Of a DNA stretch of 64,000 bases, positions 1 through 9,590 are shown piece after piece. The notes beneath the pieces were generated by a model that saw only the letters and a program-made list of their open reading frames with translations, was not told the DNA's origin and ran no database searches. The stretch is from an uncultured Bacillota bacterium (GTDB lineage: Bacteria > Sysuimicrobiota > Sysuimicrobiia > Sysuimicrobiales > Segetimicrobiaceae): positions 1 through 64,000 of the forward strand of contig CAWDRG010000013.1 in NCBI GenBank assembly GCA_963804645.1, in the 5' to 3' direction. Numbering within the stretch: the stretch's first letter is position 1; every line of letters begins with the position of its first letter. The position numbers and the translations under genes were made by a program.

Positions 1-36
1 TGTTTCTGTGGCCTCTCTTCGTTCAGGTTGGTCTTG

Positions 37-441
37 CTACCCGTGGCGACGCCACAGGCGCGTGACCGAACTTTGCGAGACGCCGTGGCGTGCGGCCATC
101 GTGCGACTGGACCACTGGGTGATCGGTCCCGGCGGCCGGCGCTGGGTGTCGGCCAGAATGCGGGCCTCTTTGCTGACCTGGATGACCTTGGGGCGCCCCG
201 GCCGAGGGGCATCCTCCAGTCCGGCTACGCCGTGCTCGAGAAACCGGCGTTTCCACTGCTGCACCATGCGCGGCGCCAGCCCCACGCGCTCGGCAGTCAC
301 GCGCACCGAGTCGCCGGTGTCGAGGAGCAAGACGGTGCGGGCGCGACGGGCCAACCGCGCCTCCACGGTGCCGGCCCGGGCGAGCGCTTCGAGCACGTGC
401 TGGTCGGCCTGCGAGAGCTTCAATCTCGGGAGGGTCGCCAT
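37..441 (-). pseudogene. Truncated IS630-family transposase (N-terminal HTH region only)
   Basis: ARRARTVLL...WKRRFLEHGVAGLEDAPRPGRP...WSSRTMA pattern. TAG at 37-39 comes before any DDE domain. Confidence 0.8.
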
Positions 442-500
442 ACATGTACAGTACCATGAACCTACCCACTGTGTCACTTATTTTAGACTCGGAGCACTAG
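37..500 (-). mobile_element. IS630-family remnant with one end
   Basis: Minus strand begins CTAGTGCTCCGAGTCTAAAAT at 500 (TA-containing end typical of IS630), upstream of the transposase ATG. Confidence 0.6.
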
Positions 501-803
501 GCCACTAGTCTTTTGTCGGCAGAGGCTTTGCGAAACGGCCCAATCAAAGGACTTACAGGCGCATATCGCCCGGGTTCCCCGATTCGGAAAGACTGGCCAC
601 GCGGTTGAGTGCTGTGCCGAGTCTCCCAGGTTGGTCTGGATCGTCAGTTGCGGGGCGTCCGGGAACGTGCCGGCAAGGGTGACCTTGACCATGTCGGCGC
701 CACCCCGCAGGGAAAACACTGGCGTCATCGTCAAAGGAAGCCGGGTCCCGCCTGCGAATCGAACGGGTCAATCGCAACGTTTTGCTCGCAGGAGGTGTCT
801 GAC

Positions 804-1916
804 GTGCCTCACCCTCATCGTCTTGTCCTCGCCCTGCTCGCAACGCTCCTCGGCCTGGCTACCCTAGGCGCCCCGCTTTCCGCTGGAGCCGCCCCAAGCA
901 CGGTCGTTCCGCCGCCGGCGCATCTGCGCCCGGTACAGAGCAAATCGGATTGCGCGGCGGTTCTCAATCTGGCGGCGTTTGTCTGCGATGCCGCTGTCAC
1001 AGCTGGCGACCTCCAACTGATCTGGGACGAGTCAAACAAAGCCGTGACCGGGTACAAAGTGTACCGGGTCGACCGCGGGGGGCACACACTCTTGGGGGCG
1101 GCGACCGGGACGGCGCGCTACTACCTGGTGAAAAAGCCGTCCGGAGGCTACACCAACATGTGCTTCGCGGTCCAGGCCTACACCGGTAGCCATCCCTCCG
1201 CGGATAGTTCGGACTATTGCTATGCGCCCGGCGCGACGGCGACGACCCGCACGTTTAAGCCCAGCCACGCGGGCACGTCCGTCGGCGTAGTGTATGCCTC
1301 TGACCAGTGTGCGCCCTCTGGGGTTTACAAAGCCGCCGACCGCGACTTCGGTTCTGCCTTTACGACGTTCTTCTCCTGGCTCCTGAACGAGAAGTGGCCG
1401 TCGCAGCCGGTAGACGGTGTGTACGCCGGGACCGAGGCAGTAGTCTGGAAGAACCCGCCGCCCTGCACGAACAAGACGTCCGTGCCGGGACATCGTATGC
1501 AAAGCGCAAAAATTAGAGCGTGGGCGAAGGTGGTGTTCGATCTCGGAACACTCGCCCACAGCGGCAGCCACAAACTATATTCGGCGACCCTGAGGCTCGA
1601 GCCGTTGCAGACCGTGAGCCTTGCCTCCGGAAAAGCCACACTCTCCCACGGCCAATGGTGCGAGACATGGGAGATATGGGTCGGGACCTGCTGTCCCCCA
1701 GGTCCAACTGGGCGGGGATCAGGAACCTCCGTCAACGTACTCAATATTGTGCAACAATGGATCTGGTATGGCTCGACGAGTGGGACCGAGGTCGGCGCGT
1801 TCAGCGTCATGCCGTGGCTACGTTACGTTGTCGGGCCATCCCCGTCGTTTCCGAACGAGAACTACATCTGCCTCACGAAGTTCTCGACCCCATCGCTGCA
1901 ACTCGTGTATTTCTAG
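804..1916 (+). CDS. Secreted Cys-rich hypothetical protein with an FN3-like segment
   Basis: GGAGGT RBS at 791-796, GTG at 804, signal peptide, LIWD...GYKVYRV...CFAVQAY pattern. Confidence 0.65.
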   Translation: MPHPHRLVLALLATLLGLATLGAPLSAGAAPSTVVPPPAHLRPVQSKSDCAAVLNLAAFVCDAAVTAGDLQLIWDESNKAVTGYKVYRVDRGGHTLLGAATGTARYYLVKKPSGGYTNMCFAVQAYTGSHPSADSSDYCYAPGATATTRTFKPSHAGTSVGVVYASDQCAPSGVYKAADRDFGSAFTTFFSWLLNEKWPSQPVDGVYAGTEAVVWKNPPPCTNKTSVPGHRMQSAKIRAWAKVVFDLGTLAHSGSHKLYSATLRLEPLQTVSLASGKATLSHGQWCETWEIWVGTCCPPGPTGRGSGTSVNVLNIVQQWIWYGSTSGTEVGAFSVMPWLRYVVGPSPSFPNENYICLTKFSTPSLQLVYF

Positions 1917-2345
1917 GCGCCGCGACCCCGCGGCCGGGAGAATGAACCGGCTCCGCCAACGTTTGGGCAGGTGGTCCAGTACATCAGGGACGTCGGCCAC
2001 TCTGGGGCATTTTCCCCGCGCCTCAGGCCCCGTGAGAATGGGCGCGACGATACCTCTTCAAGGAAACTATGGCCGTCTAACGGTCAGAATATGCAACCAT
2101 TGCGAGCTCGCCGAATGCAGCGTGTCAAACAAGCCGGAATCGCGCGGCAACACCACCGGAAACTTCAGGCCCATCGCCAGCGTCCACGGCACGGTAGTTC
2201 GAGTGAAACACGCGTGCAGCACGGCGCGGGGGGATTCCATTGCACACCCGCGAAGTATGTCCCGGACCGCGCGAGACCGGACCGGGTTCGACAACTGGCC
2301 GACCGCGGGCGGCCTGGGGCCGCGGCGCACACGAGGAGGCGATTG

Positions 2346-2756
2346 ATGGAAATTGAGGTCATCTTGGCGGGCGTCACCGCACGCGCGCGGCTGCTCGACG
2401 ACAAAGCGCCCCGAGCCACCGCGGGGCTCTGGAAGGCGCTGCCCATCAAGACGGGCGCCGTACAGGTCAAGTGGTCGGGCGACGCCTGGCGGACCGAAGG
2501 GGACTACGACATCGGCGTGCTGGAAATCGAGAACGAAGGTCACGTCCTCGCAGCGGGCGACATCATCCACTTCCCCCAGTCGAAGAAGATCGGCGTCGCA
2601 TACGGCCGGGCCGAGTGGCGAAACCCGGACCTCTCGCGCCCCGCGCGCGTCTCGGTGATCGGCAAAGTAACCACGAACCTCGAGGCCCTGGTGAAGACGA
2701 GCGAGCGCGTCTGGCTCGGGGGCGTCCAGCCGCTGGAACTCCGCCGAGTCGACTGA
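2346..2756 (+). CDS. DUF3830 / cyclophilin-like fold protein
   Basis: GAGGAGG RBS. ARLLDDKAPRAT..LWKALP...WSGD...GDII motif. Confidence 0.7.
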   Translation: MEIEVILAGVTARARLLDDKAPRATAGLWKALPIKTGAVQVKWSGDAWRTEGDYDIGVLEIENEGHVLAAGDIIHFPQSKKIGVAYGRAEWRNPDLSRPARVSVIGKVTTNLEALVKTSERVWLGGVQPLELRRVD

Positions 2757-2836
2757 CCCCGTCACACGTCACGGGGCCGCCGCGGCCCTAGTTGCTTTTA
2801 CAGAGAGCGGTGGTCGCGATCCCTCATCTCAGGAAG

Positions 2837-3159
2837 TCAGCGAGAAGTCGGGTGGCTTTCCGAGTCGAGCCATCCCTCGAACGTCGGGCCGGCGAGGGCG
2901 GCGTGCGGGCCAGGCAGCAGCACACCCGCCTCATAGAGATCGTGGTCCGGGTCGGTCGGGTCGCTCACGCTCTCGATCCGCACCGAATCTCCGCGCCGGG
3001 CCACGAGAAGTCTCGCCATGTCGGCAAGGTCTTCCGCCCGCGGACCGGCGATCTCCGGGATCGGTCCGCTGGATCCGGGCGGCAGCGCCGCCTCCGGGTG
3101 GGTGCGAGATCAACAAGCGCCCGGGCGACGGTCCGGGCGGCGACGAGCTGAGTGCGCAT
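2837..3159 (-). pseudogene. C-terminal remnant of an NmrA/SDR-like NAD(P)-binding protein, frameshifted
   Basis: TQLVAARTVARALVDLA, then a frameshift, then EIAGPRAEDLADMAR...LLPGPHAALAGPTFEGWL. The N-terminus is absent. Confidence 0.6.
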
Positions 3160-3181
3160 CTCGTGACGGAGACGGACACCC

Positions 3182-4153
3182 ATGCGCGTCATCACGCTTG
3201 AAGAACACTTCGCGAATCCGGAGTTTCTCGACGGTCCCGGGAAGCGGCTGAAGCAGCAGGCCTCCAGCGCCGGCAGCCCGATCGCGGGACTCCTTGACCA
3301 GCTGTGCGACGTCGGCGACACGCGCATCGCGGCCATGGATGCCGCGGGGATCGCGGTCCAAGTGCTGTCGCTGACGGCTCCCGGCACCGAGCAACTCGAG
3401 GCTGCGGACGCGATACCGGCGGCCAGGCAGGCGAACGCGTTCCTCGCGAACGCCGTTGCGCGGCATCCAACGCGATTTGCCGGATTCGCCGCGCTGCCGA
3501 CCGCGGCCCCCGAGGCGGCCGCCGATGTGCTTGAGCGCGCGGCGCGCGAGCACGGGTTCAAGGGTGCGGTGATCAACGGTCACGTTCGGGGACGGTACCT
3601 CGACGACAGGTTTTTCTGGCCGATCTTCGAACGGGCCGAAGCGCTTGGCGTCCCGATCTATCTGCACCCCACCCCGCCGCCGCGGCCGGTGATCGAGGCA
3701 TCCTACGGTGGGTTTGCGCCAGTCGTGACCGAGATGCTGGCGGGTGCGGGCTGGGGCTGGCACATCGAAACGGCGGTCCACGCGATCCGCATCATCCTGG
3801 GCGGCACATTTGACCGCTACCCGCGGCTGCAGTTGGTGATCGGGCATCTCGGGGAGACCCTGCCCTTCATGCTGCAGCGGTTGGATCGGATGCCCAGGTC
3901 GATGACGAAGCTCGACCGCCGCATCAGCGCGTACCTCCGGGAGAACGTCCACTATACGATCAGCGGCTTCAACTTTCTCCCGGCGTTCCTCGACCTATTC
4001 CTGGAAGTCGGCGTCGACCGCATCATGTTTTCGGCCGACCACCCGTACGCCTCGATGAAGGAGGCTCGTGCGTTTCTCGACCGGCTGCCGGTGAGTGATG
4101 CGGATCGGCAGCGGATCGCGCACGGCAACGCGGAACGTCTCCTCGGAATGTAG
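3182..4153 (+). CDS. Amidohydrolase_2 family protein (aromatic acid decarboxylase-like)
   Basis: ITLEEH, IYLHP, GHLGE and IMFSADHPY motifs. Confidence 0.9.
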   Translation: MRVITLEEHFANPEFLDGPGKRLKQQASSAGSPIAGLLDQLCDVGDTRIAAMDAAGIAVQVLSLTAPGTEQLEAADAIPAARQANAFLANAVARHPTRFAGFAALPTAAPEAAADVLERAAREHGFKGAVINGHVRGRYLDDRFFWPIFERAEALGVPIYLHPTPPPRPVIEASYGGFAPVVTEMLAGAGWGWHIETAVHAIRIILGGTFDRYPRLQLVIGHLGETLPFMLQRLDRMPRSMTKLDRRISAYLRENVHYTISGFNFLPAFLDLFLEVGVDRIMFSADHPYASMKEARAFLDRLPVSDADRQRIAHGNAERLLGM

Positions 4154-4440
4154 CCGGTGGCGGTTGAGGCACCGGCGCGGCGGCATAGCGGTCGGGGTTC
4201 GGCGGATCTGTGGTTGTAGCAACCGCCGGGACCCAACGAGGAAGCCCACTACGCCAAAGAACGGCGCGATCGAGCACTATCGTTGGCTGCCCACCGCCTC
4301 GAAGCACCGCCATCTCAACCGCCGCCCCGGATTGCGATCACCGGGGACAGCGGTTGAGGTGTTACCGGTGCGTCGGCGCCGCACGCACCGCGCGCCTTTG
4401 CTCAGGCCGCGTCAGGACATCCCGGCCGTTCGAGCGAACG

Positions 4441-6840
4441 TTAGGCGCCCGCCGGCGGTGTAAACGCCAGGACGGCCGGCGGCGTACCGACATACTTCTC
4501 CACCTGCACGAGCGACGTGTGCGACGGGTTGCCATCGGACAGCTTCGAGTTCGGCGCGTCACTCGTCATGTTGTTGACGCTCCCGTGGCGATCCAACGTC
4601 CCGATCGTCCCCGGGTTCAACGGATCATACCAGCCGCCCTCGTGCATTGCGACGACGTTGCGCGGCGTGCGCGTGGTGAGGACGGCGCCCGCAAGCGTCT
4701 GCCCACGTGCGTTGAAGACCCGCACGATATCACCGTTGGCGATGCCCCGTGCGGCAGCGTCCGCGGGGTTGAGCCAGATCGGCTCCCGCGCGCCGACTTC
4801 GTACTGCTGCCGCAGCCGCGTTTCGTCCAACTGCGAATGGAGCCGATCCGGCGGGTGCGGAGTGAGCATGTGCAGCGGGAACTGCGCCGTCAGCGGACTG
4901 CCCAGCCACTCGCTCGGAGCGATCCACGTCGGGTGCGGCGGGCAGTCATCGTACTTGAACGACGCGATGGTCTGCGAGTAGATCTCGATCTTGCCGGACG
5001 GCGTGCCGAGCGGATGATTCTGGGGGTCGGCGCGAAAATCTGCGTACCCGACCACCTGTTCGGCGGCGGAGGTCACCGGGAACTCCAGGTAGCCCTGCTG
5101 CCAGAACGTATCGAAGTCGGGGAACGCCCTCCCCTGCTCCTGCGCCTGCGCCGCGGCCACCCCGTAGAACTGCCGGAGCCACGCCATCTCATCCTTACCC
5201 TCAGTGTACTGCGGGCCGAACCCAAGGCGCGCGGCCAGCGCGGCGCAGATGTCAAAGTCGTTCCGGGCTTCAAACAGCGGCGGCACGGCCTGCTGCATCG
5301 CCGAGATGAACGTGCTCGACGCCATGAGGTCATTGCGTTCAAGCACTGTGGTGGCCGGCAGCACGATGTCCGCGTGCTTCGCGGTGGCCGTCCACGCGTA
5401 CTCGTGTACCACGATGACTTCCGGATGCTGCCAAGCGCGCAACACGCGGTTGACGTCCTGCGCGTGGTGCAGGTTATTGCCGCCGGCCACGTATACCATC
5501 TTGATGTCGGGATACGTCAGCCGCTGGCCGTCGTAGTCGATCGTCTTGCCGGGGTTCAGCAGCATATCGGTCCACATGTTGATCGGCACGAAGTCCTTCA
5601 CCGGGTTCGCACCGGTGGTCAGCCCCGGCACGGATGGCGCGCTGCCGACGGGAGCGCCGATCGACCCAGGGTAGTCGATCTGGACCCCGCCGCCGGGGAG
5701 CCCGAACTGGCCGAGCATGGCGGATAGCGTGATCATCATCCACACCGGCTGCTCGCCGTGCGACGCGCGCTGCAGCGGGTAGCCGCCCATCAGCACGGTC
5801 CGCGACTTCGCCATGCGGCGCGCGAGTGTGCGCATCGTGTCTGCAGAGACCTGGGTGATCGATGCGGCCCATTCGGGCGTCTTCGGCTGTCCGTCCTCCT
5901 TGCCGGTGAGGTAGTCCGCGAACTTGTCGAAGCCGACGGTGTACTTGTCCAGAAACGCCTTGTCATACAGGTTCTCGGTGTACAGCACGTACGCCATCCC
6001 GAGCATCATCGCCGTGTCCGTGTTCGGGCGGATCGGCACGCGCTCGGCCTTCAGGAAGTCGTCGGTAACGGTCGTCAGCGGGTTCACGGACACGACCGGA
6101 GTCTTAGCGTCCCGGAGCTGCGTCACATAGTTCATGATGAGGTGCCCGCCGTCTCCGGAGAACACCTTTGTGTTGACCAGCGGATCGTACCCCATCATCA
6201 CGACTAAGGTGCTGTTCTTGATGAGGCTCGGCCATGCCGACCCGCGGGGCGCGGCATCACCGACCACGTGCGGGCTGATCACCGGCAGCGTCGGCGCGCT
6301 GTATGAGTTGACACGGTAGACGAAACCGCCATAAATGTTGAACATCCGCTGGATCGCCCCGACGGCTCCGTGAAACTTGCCGGGACTCTGCCAACCGTAG
6401 TCGCCGCCGTAAATCGCACGGTTGCCGTACGTCGTCTTCACACGTTTGAGTTCACCCGCCACGATGTCAAGGGCTTCGTCCCACGACACCCTCACAAACG
6501 GCTCGTTGCCGCGCCGCGTCGTGTCGCTGCGCGACCGGTCACGGTAGAAGCCTTGGCGGATCATCGGGTACTTCACGCGGGCAGGCCCGTACAGCAGGTC
6601 CGGCATGACCGTGACCATCGTGTTGGGATGGGGGTCTTTGGCGAACGGCAGCGTGCGAACGACCCGCCCGTCGACGACCGCCGCGGTGAACAGCCCCCAG
6701 TGCGCGTTGTTCAGCTTCATAACCTCAGCGGGGTCGGTCGCGGCATTCACCGGGAGCGCCCCGAGCAACGGGGCCGCCGTGAGGCCGCCCAAGACCATCC
6801 CCCCCTGCCAGAGAAACGTTCGCCGTGTGATGGGCTTCAT
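4441..6840 (-). CDS. Tat-exported molybdopterin S/N-oxide reductase (DorA/TorA/BisC clade)
   Basis: TRRTFL Tat motif, HWG, RVKYPMIR, YGW, HADIVLPATT, TPSGKIE, RLHSQ. Confidence 0.9.
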   Translation of the reverse strand: MKPITRRTFLWQGGMVLGGLTAAPLLGALPVNAATDPAEVMKLNNAHWGLFTAAVVDGRVVRTLPFAKDPHPNTMVTVMPDLLYGPARVKYPMIRQGFYRDRSRSDTTRRGNEPFVRVSWDEALDIVAGELKRVKTTYGNRAIYGGDYGWQSPGKFHGAVGAIQRMFNIYGGFVYRVNSYSAPTLPVISPHVVGDAAPRGSAWPSLIKNSTLVVMMGYDPLVNTKVFSGDGGHLIMNYVTQLRDAKTPVVSVNPLTTVTDDFLKAERVPIRPNTDTAMMLGMAYVLYTENLYDKAFLDKYTVGFDKFADYLTGKEDGQPKTPEWAASITQVSADTMRTLARRMAKSRTVLMGGYPLQRASHGEQPVWMMITLSAMLGQFGLPGGGVQIDYPGSIGAPVGSAPSVPGLTTGANPVKDFVPINMWTDMLLNPGKTIDYDGQRLTYPDIKMVYVAGGNNLHHAQDVNRVLRAWQHPEVIVVHEYAWTATAKHADIVLPATTVLERNDLMASSTFISAMQQAVPPLFEARNDFDICAALAARLGFGPQYTEGKDEMAWLRQFYGVAAAQAQEQGRAFPDFDTFWQQGYLEFPVTSAAEQVVGYADFRADPQNHPLGTPSGKIEIYSQTIASFKYDDCPPHPTWIAPSEWLGSPLTAQFPLHMLTPHPPDRLHSQLDETRLRQQYEVGAREPIWLNPADAAARGIANGDIVRVFNARGQTLAGAVLTTRTPRNVVAMHEGGWYDPLNPGTIGTLDRHGSVNNMTSDAPNSKLSDGNPSHTSLVQVEKYVGTPPAVLAFTPPAGA

Positions 6841-7235
6841 CGTGCGTGCCTCCTTTCTGATTGGCGCGCCTCCTTGCAGACGCGTCCAAAATCATGATAC
6901 GAATTCTCGATCGGATCAGGTATCAGTCGTGGGCCCTATTCATGCGTTAAACGGCGAAATGCTCCGGCAACCCGTCAGGGACGGGCCCGGGCGCGAGGCG
7001 CACGCGATCCTGAACAGGGTCTCCGGCCCGAGCCATTGCCGCCCAGCCCCGCCCCGAACTGTCCGGCGGCGACCACGGTGGCCGTACCGCCCAGAGCGTC
7101 GATCGCGCGGCGTTCCGCCCAGCGGGTCACCAGGAGCAGCCGTTCCGCCGCTCGAAGTGGATAGAGCAGCAAGGACCAACAGAATGGACAGAGCTCGTAC
7201 TCGACCTACTCACGACCTACTCAAAGGAGACGTCC

Positions 7236-7658
7236 ATGATCCGCAAGGCGAAAGCAGTGTGGCACGGCACGGGCCGCGAAGGCAGCGGAAACCTGTCGAC
7301 CGATTCCGGTGTGCTGGCCAACACCCCGTATTCGTTCAAGACTCGCTTTGAGAACGAAAAAGGTACCAACCCGGAGGAGCTGATCGCTGCCGCGCATGCC
7401 GGGTGCTTCACCATGGCCCTGGCCTTTCAGATGCAGGGCGCGGGATACGCCCCGACCGAACTCACTACCGAAGCGGCCGTCACGCTCGAGCCGGAGGGCC
7501 AGGGCTTCCGCATCAAACGTTCGGCCCTCACGCTGCGAGCCGTGGTGCCGGGCCTGGACGACGCCACCTTCACCAAGATGGCCGGCGACGCGGAGAAGAA
7601 CTGCCCGGTCTCCAAGGTCCTCAACGCCGAGATCACGCTGGATGCTAAGCTGGCCTGA
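7236..7658 (+). CDS. osmC: OsmC-family peroxiredoxin
   Basis: [20 protein letters not shown] and NCPVSK. Confidence 0.92.
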   Translation: MIRKAKAVWHGTGREGSGNLSTDSGVLANTPYSFKTRFENEKGTNPEELIAAAHAGCFTMALAFQMQGAGYAPTELTTEAAVTLEPEGQGFRIKRSALTLRAVVPGLDDATFTKMAGDAEKNCPVSKVLNAEITLDAKLA

Positions 7659-7711
7659 CGCACGCTACGCTAAGATGCGTGAGCGCTTCGCGCATTCTCG
7701 AGGCCTTGACG

Positions 7712-8358
7712 ATGCTTAGGGAGGCACGCACGACCTACGCCGCCGCCGTGGCGGGGGTGCGCGAGCGCTTCTCCGAGGTCTGGATCTGGACGGCACGCGC
7801 CTGGATGCGGTGGCCCATCGGCTCAAGCTCACCTGGGATGTCCGCTCGCCGTTGTTGCCGGGGTGCCTGCTGGTGTGCTACGACCTGTTCCGCGGCTTCC
7901 CCCGGCGCCTCTCGTTCTGCGCCGATGCCGGCCGGAGCGAACTGCAACACGCGCTCGAGCAGCTCCCCACCATTCCCCAAGAGACGCTGCTCATTGCGGA
8001 TCGACTGTTTGCCTCGGTCAATCTGGTGGCGGCACTCACGCACGGGAAGGGATGGCTCCTCTGCCGCCGGAATCGTCGGCTCACCCTGCGCCATCAGCGC
8101 TGGCTGCGCCGCGGCCAGTTCAAGGGCGGCACGCTGATGGAGCGCCTCGTCCTCGTCGGGTCGGGGCAAGGCACCCCGCCCCAGCTGATGCGGCAGATCC
8201 GCTATACCCAACATCGACTGACCATTGATCTCTTGACGTCGGTGCTGGACCCTCGGCGCCTCCCCGCAAAAGACGCGCTGGCATGTTACCGATTGCGCTG
8301 GCAAGTGGAACGGCTGTTTTCGGATCTCAAGGGCGTGCTGGATCTCCATCATGCTTAA
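7712..8358 (+). pseudogene. IS4-family transposase remnant
   Basis: VWI, frameshift, DGTRLD; LIADRLF; YRLRWQVERLFSDLK (YREK motif). Truncated at both ends. Confidence 0.7.
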
Positions 8359-8379
8359 ATCAGGCATCATAATGCATAT

Positions 8380-8580
8380 ATGAGAACCACACTGAATATT
8401 GAATCCACTCTCATTCGCCGGGCAGCCCAGTTGACCGGAGTGACGAAGAAGACCGTGCTCGTGCGTATGGGCTTAGAGGCATTGGTTGCTCGAGAAAGCG
8501 CCCGGCGGCTAGCAAGACTTGGGAGTACCGAGCCGGCTTTGAAGAGCATCCGACGCCGCCGTCCCAACCGCGTCGCATGA
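8380..8580 (+). CDS. vapB: VapB-family antitoxin
   Basis: MRTTLNI...KT.LV..GLEAL...ARRLARLG. ATGA overlap with the PIN toxin. Confidence 0.85.
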   Translation: MRTTLNIESTLIRRAAQLTGVTKKTVLVRMGLEALVARESARRLARLGSTEPALKSIRRRRPNRVA

Positions 8581-8933
8581 TTCTGATCGACACGTCTATT
8601 TGGGTCGATCACTTGCGTGCCGGCAACCGCAGACTGCAAACCTTTCTAGAGAATGCCGAGGTCCTGGTGCATCCGTTCGTCGTTGGTGAGATCGCGTGCG
8701 GAACGATGCGTCACCGAGAGGATGTCCTGACCTTGCTTCGGGCGTTGCCTACCGCCCAGGTTGCGGAGCACGATGAAGTGATGGAACTCGTCGAGCGCGC
8801 GCGCCTGCATGGTCGGGGGCTCGGCTGGATCGACGTGCATTTGCTGGCGTCAGCACTTTTGTCCGGTGCTACACTGTGGACGCTCGACTCTCGGCTTGCT
8901 AAAGTCGCCTCTGGCTTAGGCGTTGAGGCATAA
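8577..8933 (+). CDS. vapC: VapC PIN-domain toxin
   Basis: LIDTSIW, HPFVVGE, GWIDVHLLASA, LWTLD. Confidence 0.92.
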   Translation: MILIDTSIWVDHLRAGNRRLQTFLENAEVLVHPFVVGEIACGTMRHREDVLTLLRALPTAQVAEHDEVMELVERARLHGRGLGWIDVHLLASALLSGATLWTLDSRLAKVASGLGVEA

Positions 8934-9590
8934 GCCGGGTATAGAAACGCTTGCAATACCGTTACCGTCGAGCCCCGGACTCGTGTCATCTAAGGTCGCC
9001 GCCCTCACTCATCTACTGCGCCGCGTCCGGCGGGTCAGTGGACCTCTGCCTGCAGATCAGGGGGTGCGGAATCGTATACCCCCACGGCAGACGTTCATGC
9101 GCGCTTTGGGCGGAGTCAGCGCGCCCGTCGGGGAGGTCAGATCATCCTGGAGCGCGAGCCCCCATCGTCGATGCACAGCAGCTCAACCGTGGCGTTGACA
9201 TTGCAGAATGAGGGCACGATGACCGCGCCCGTCGGCTGATTGGTCGCCCGATAGCACGCGTCCGTCATGGTCAACGTGGGAGACAGCACGGTCTTCGTGA
9301 GGACCGCGCCGCCGCCCGAGAAACAGGTGACTTGGCAAACTTCCCAGCCGGGTCCGGACTAGCCAGCTCCAGTGTAGGCATCCGACGGCCCGAACAAGAT
9401 CATGACGGGAATGTCCTGAGTTTGGGCCATAAATTCCGCGTCGCGGAATTGTGCGGTCGCCTGAGCCAGCGCGCTCCGCACGCTTACACGTTATTGTTGT
9501 AGCCGCCGAGGGCCGGCAGGACCAACAGCGTGACGAGTACGAGCACGGCACAGGTACGATCTCGCACGGGTGCCGTCGGCCACCCGGATA

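Noticed and set aside
6841..7235. Moco riboswitch upstream of the molybdoenzyme
   Set aside because: No recognisable Moco motif elements were seen on the minus strand. An Rfam scan would settle it.
8934..9590. Short ORFs in this gap and in 17620-18450
   Set aside because: No RBS, codon bias or motif support. Probably degraded sequence.
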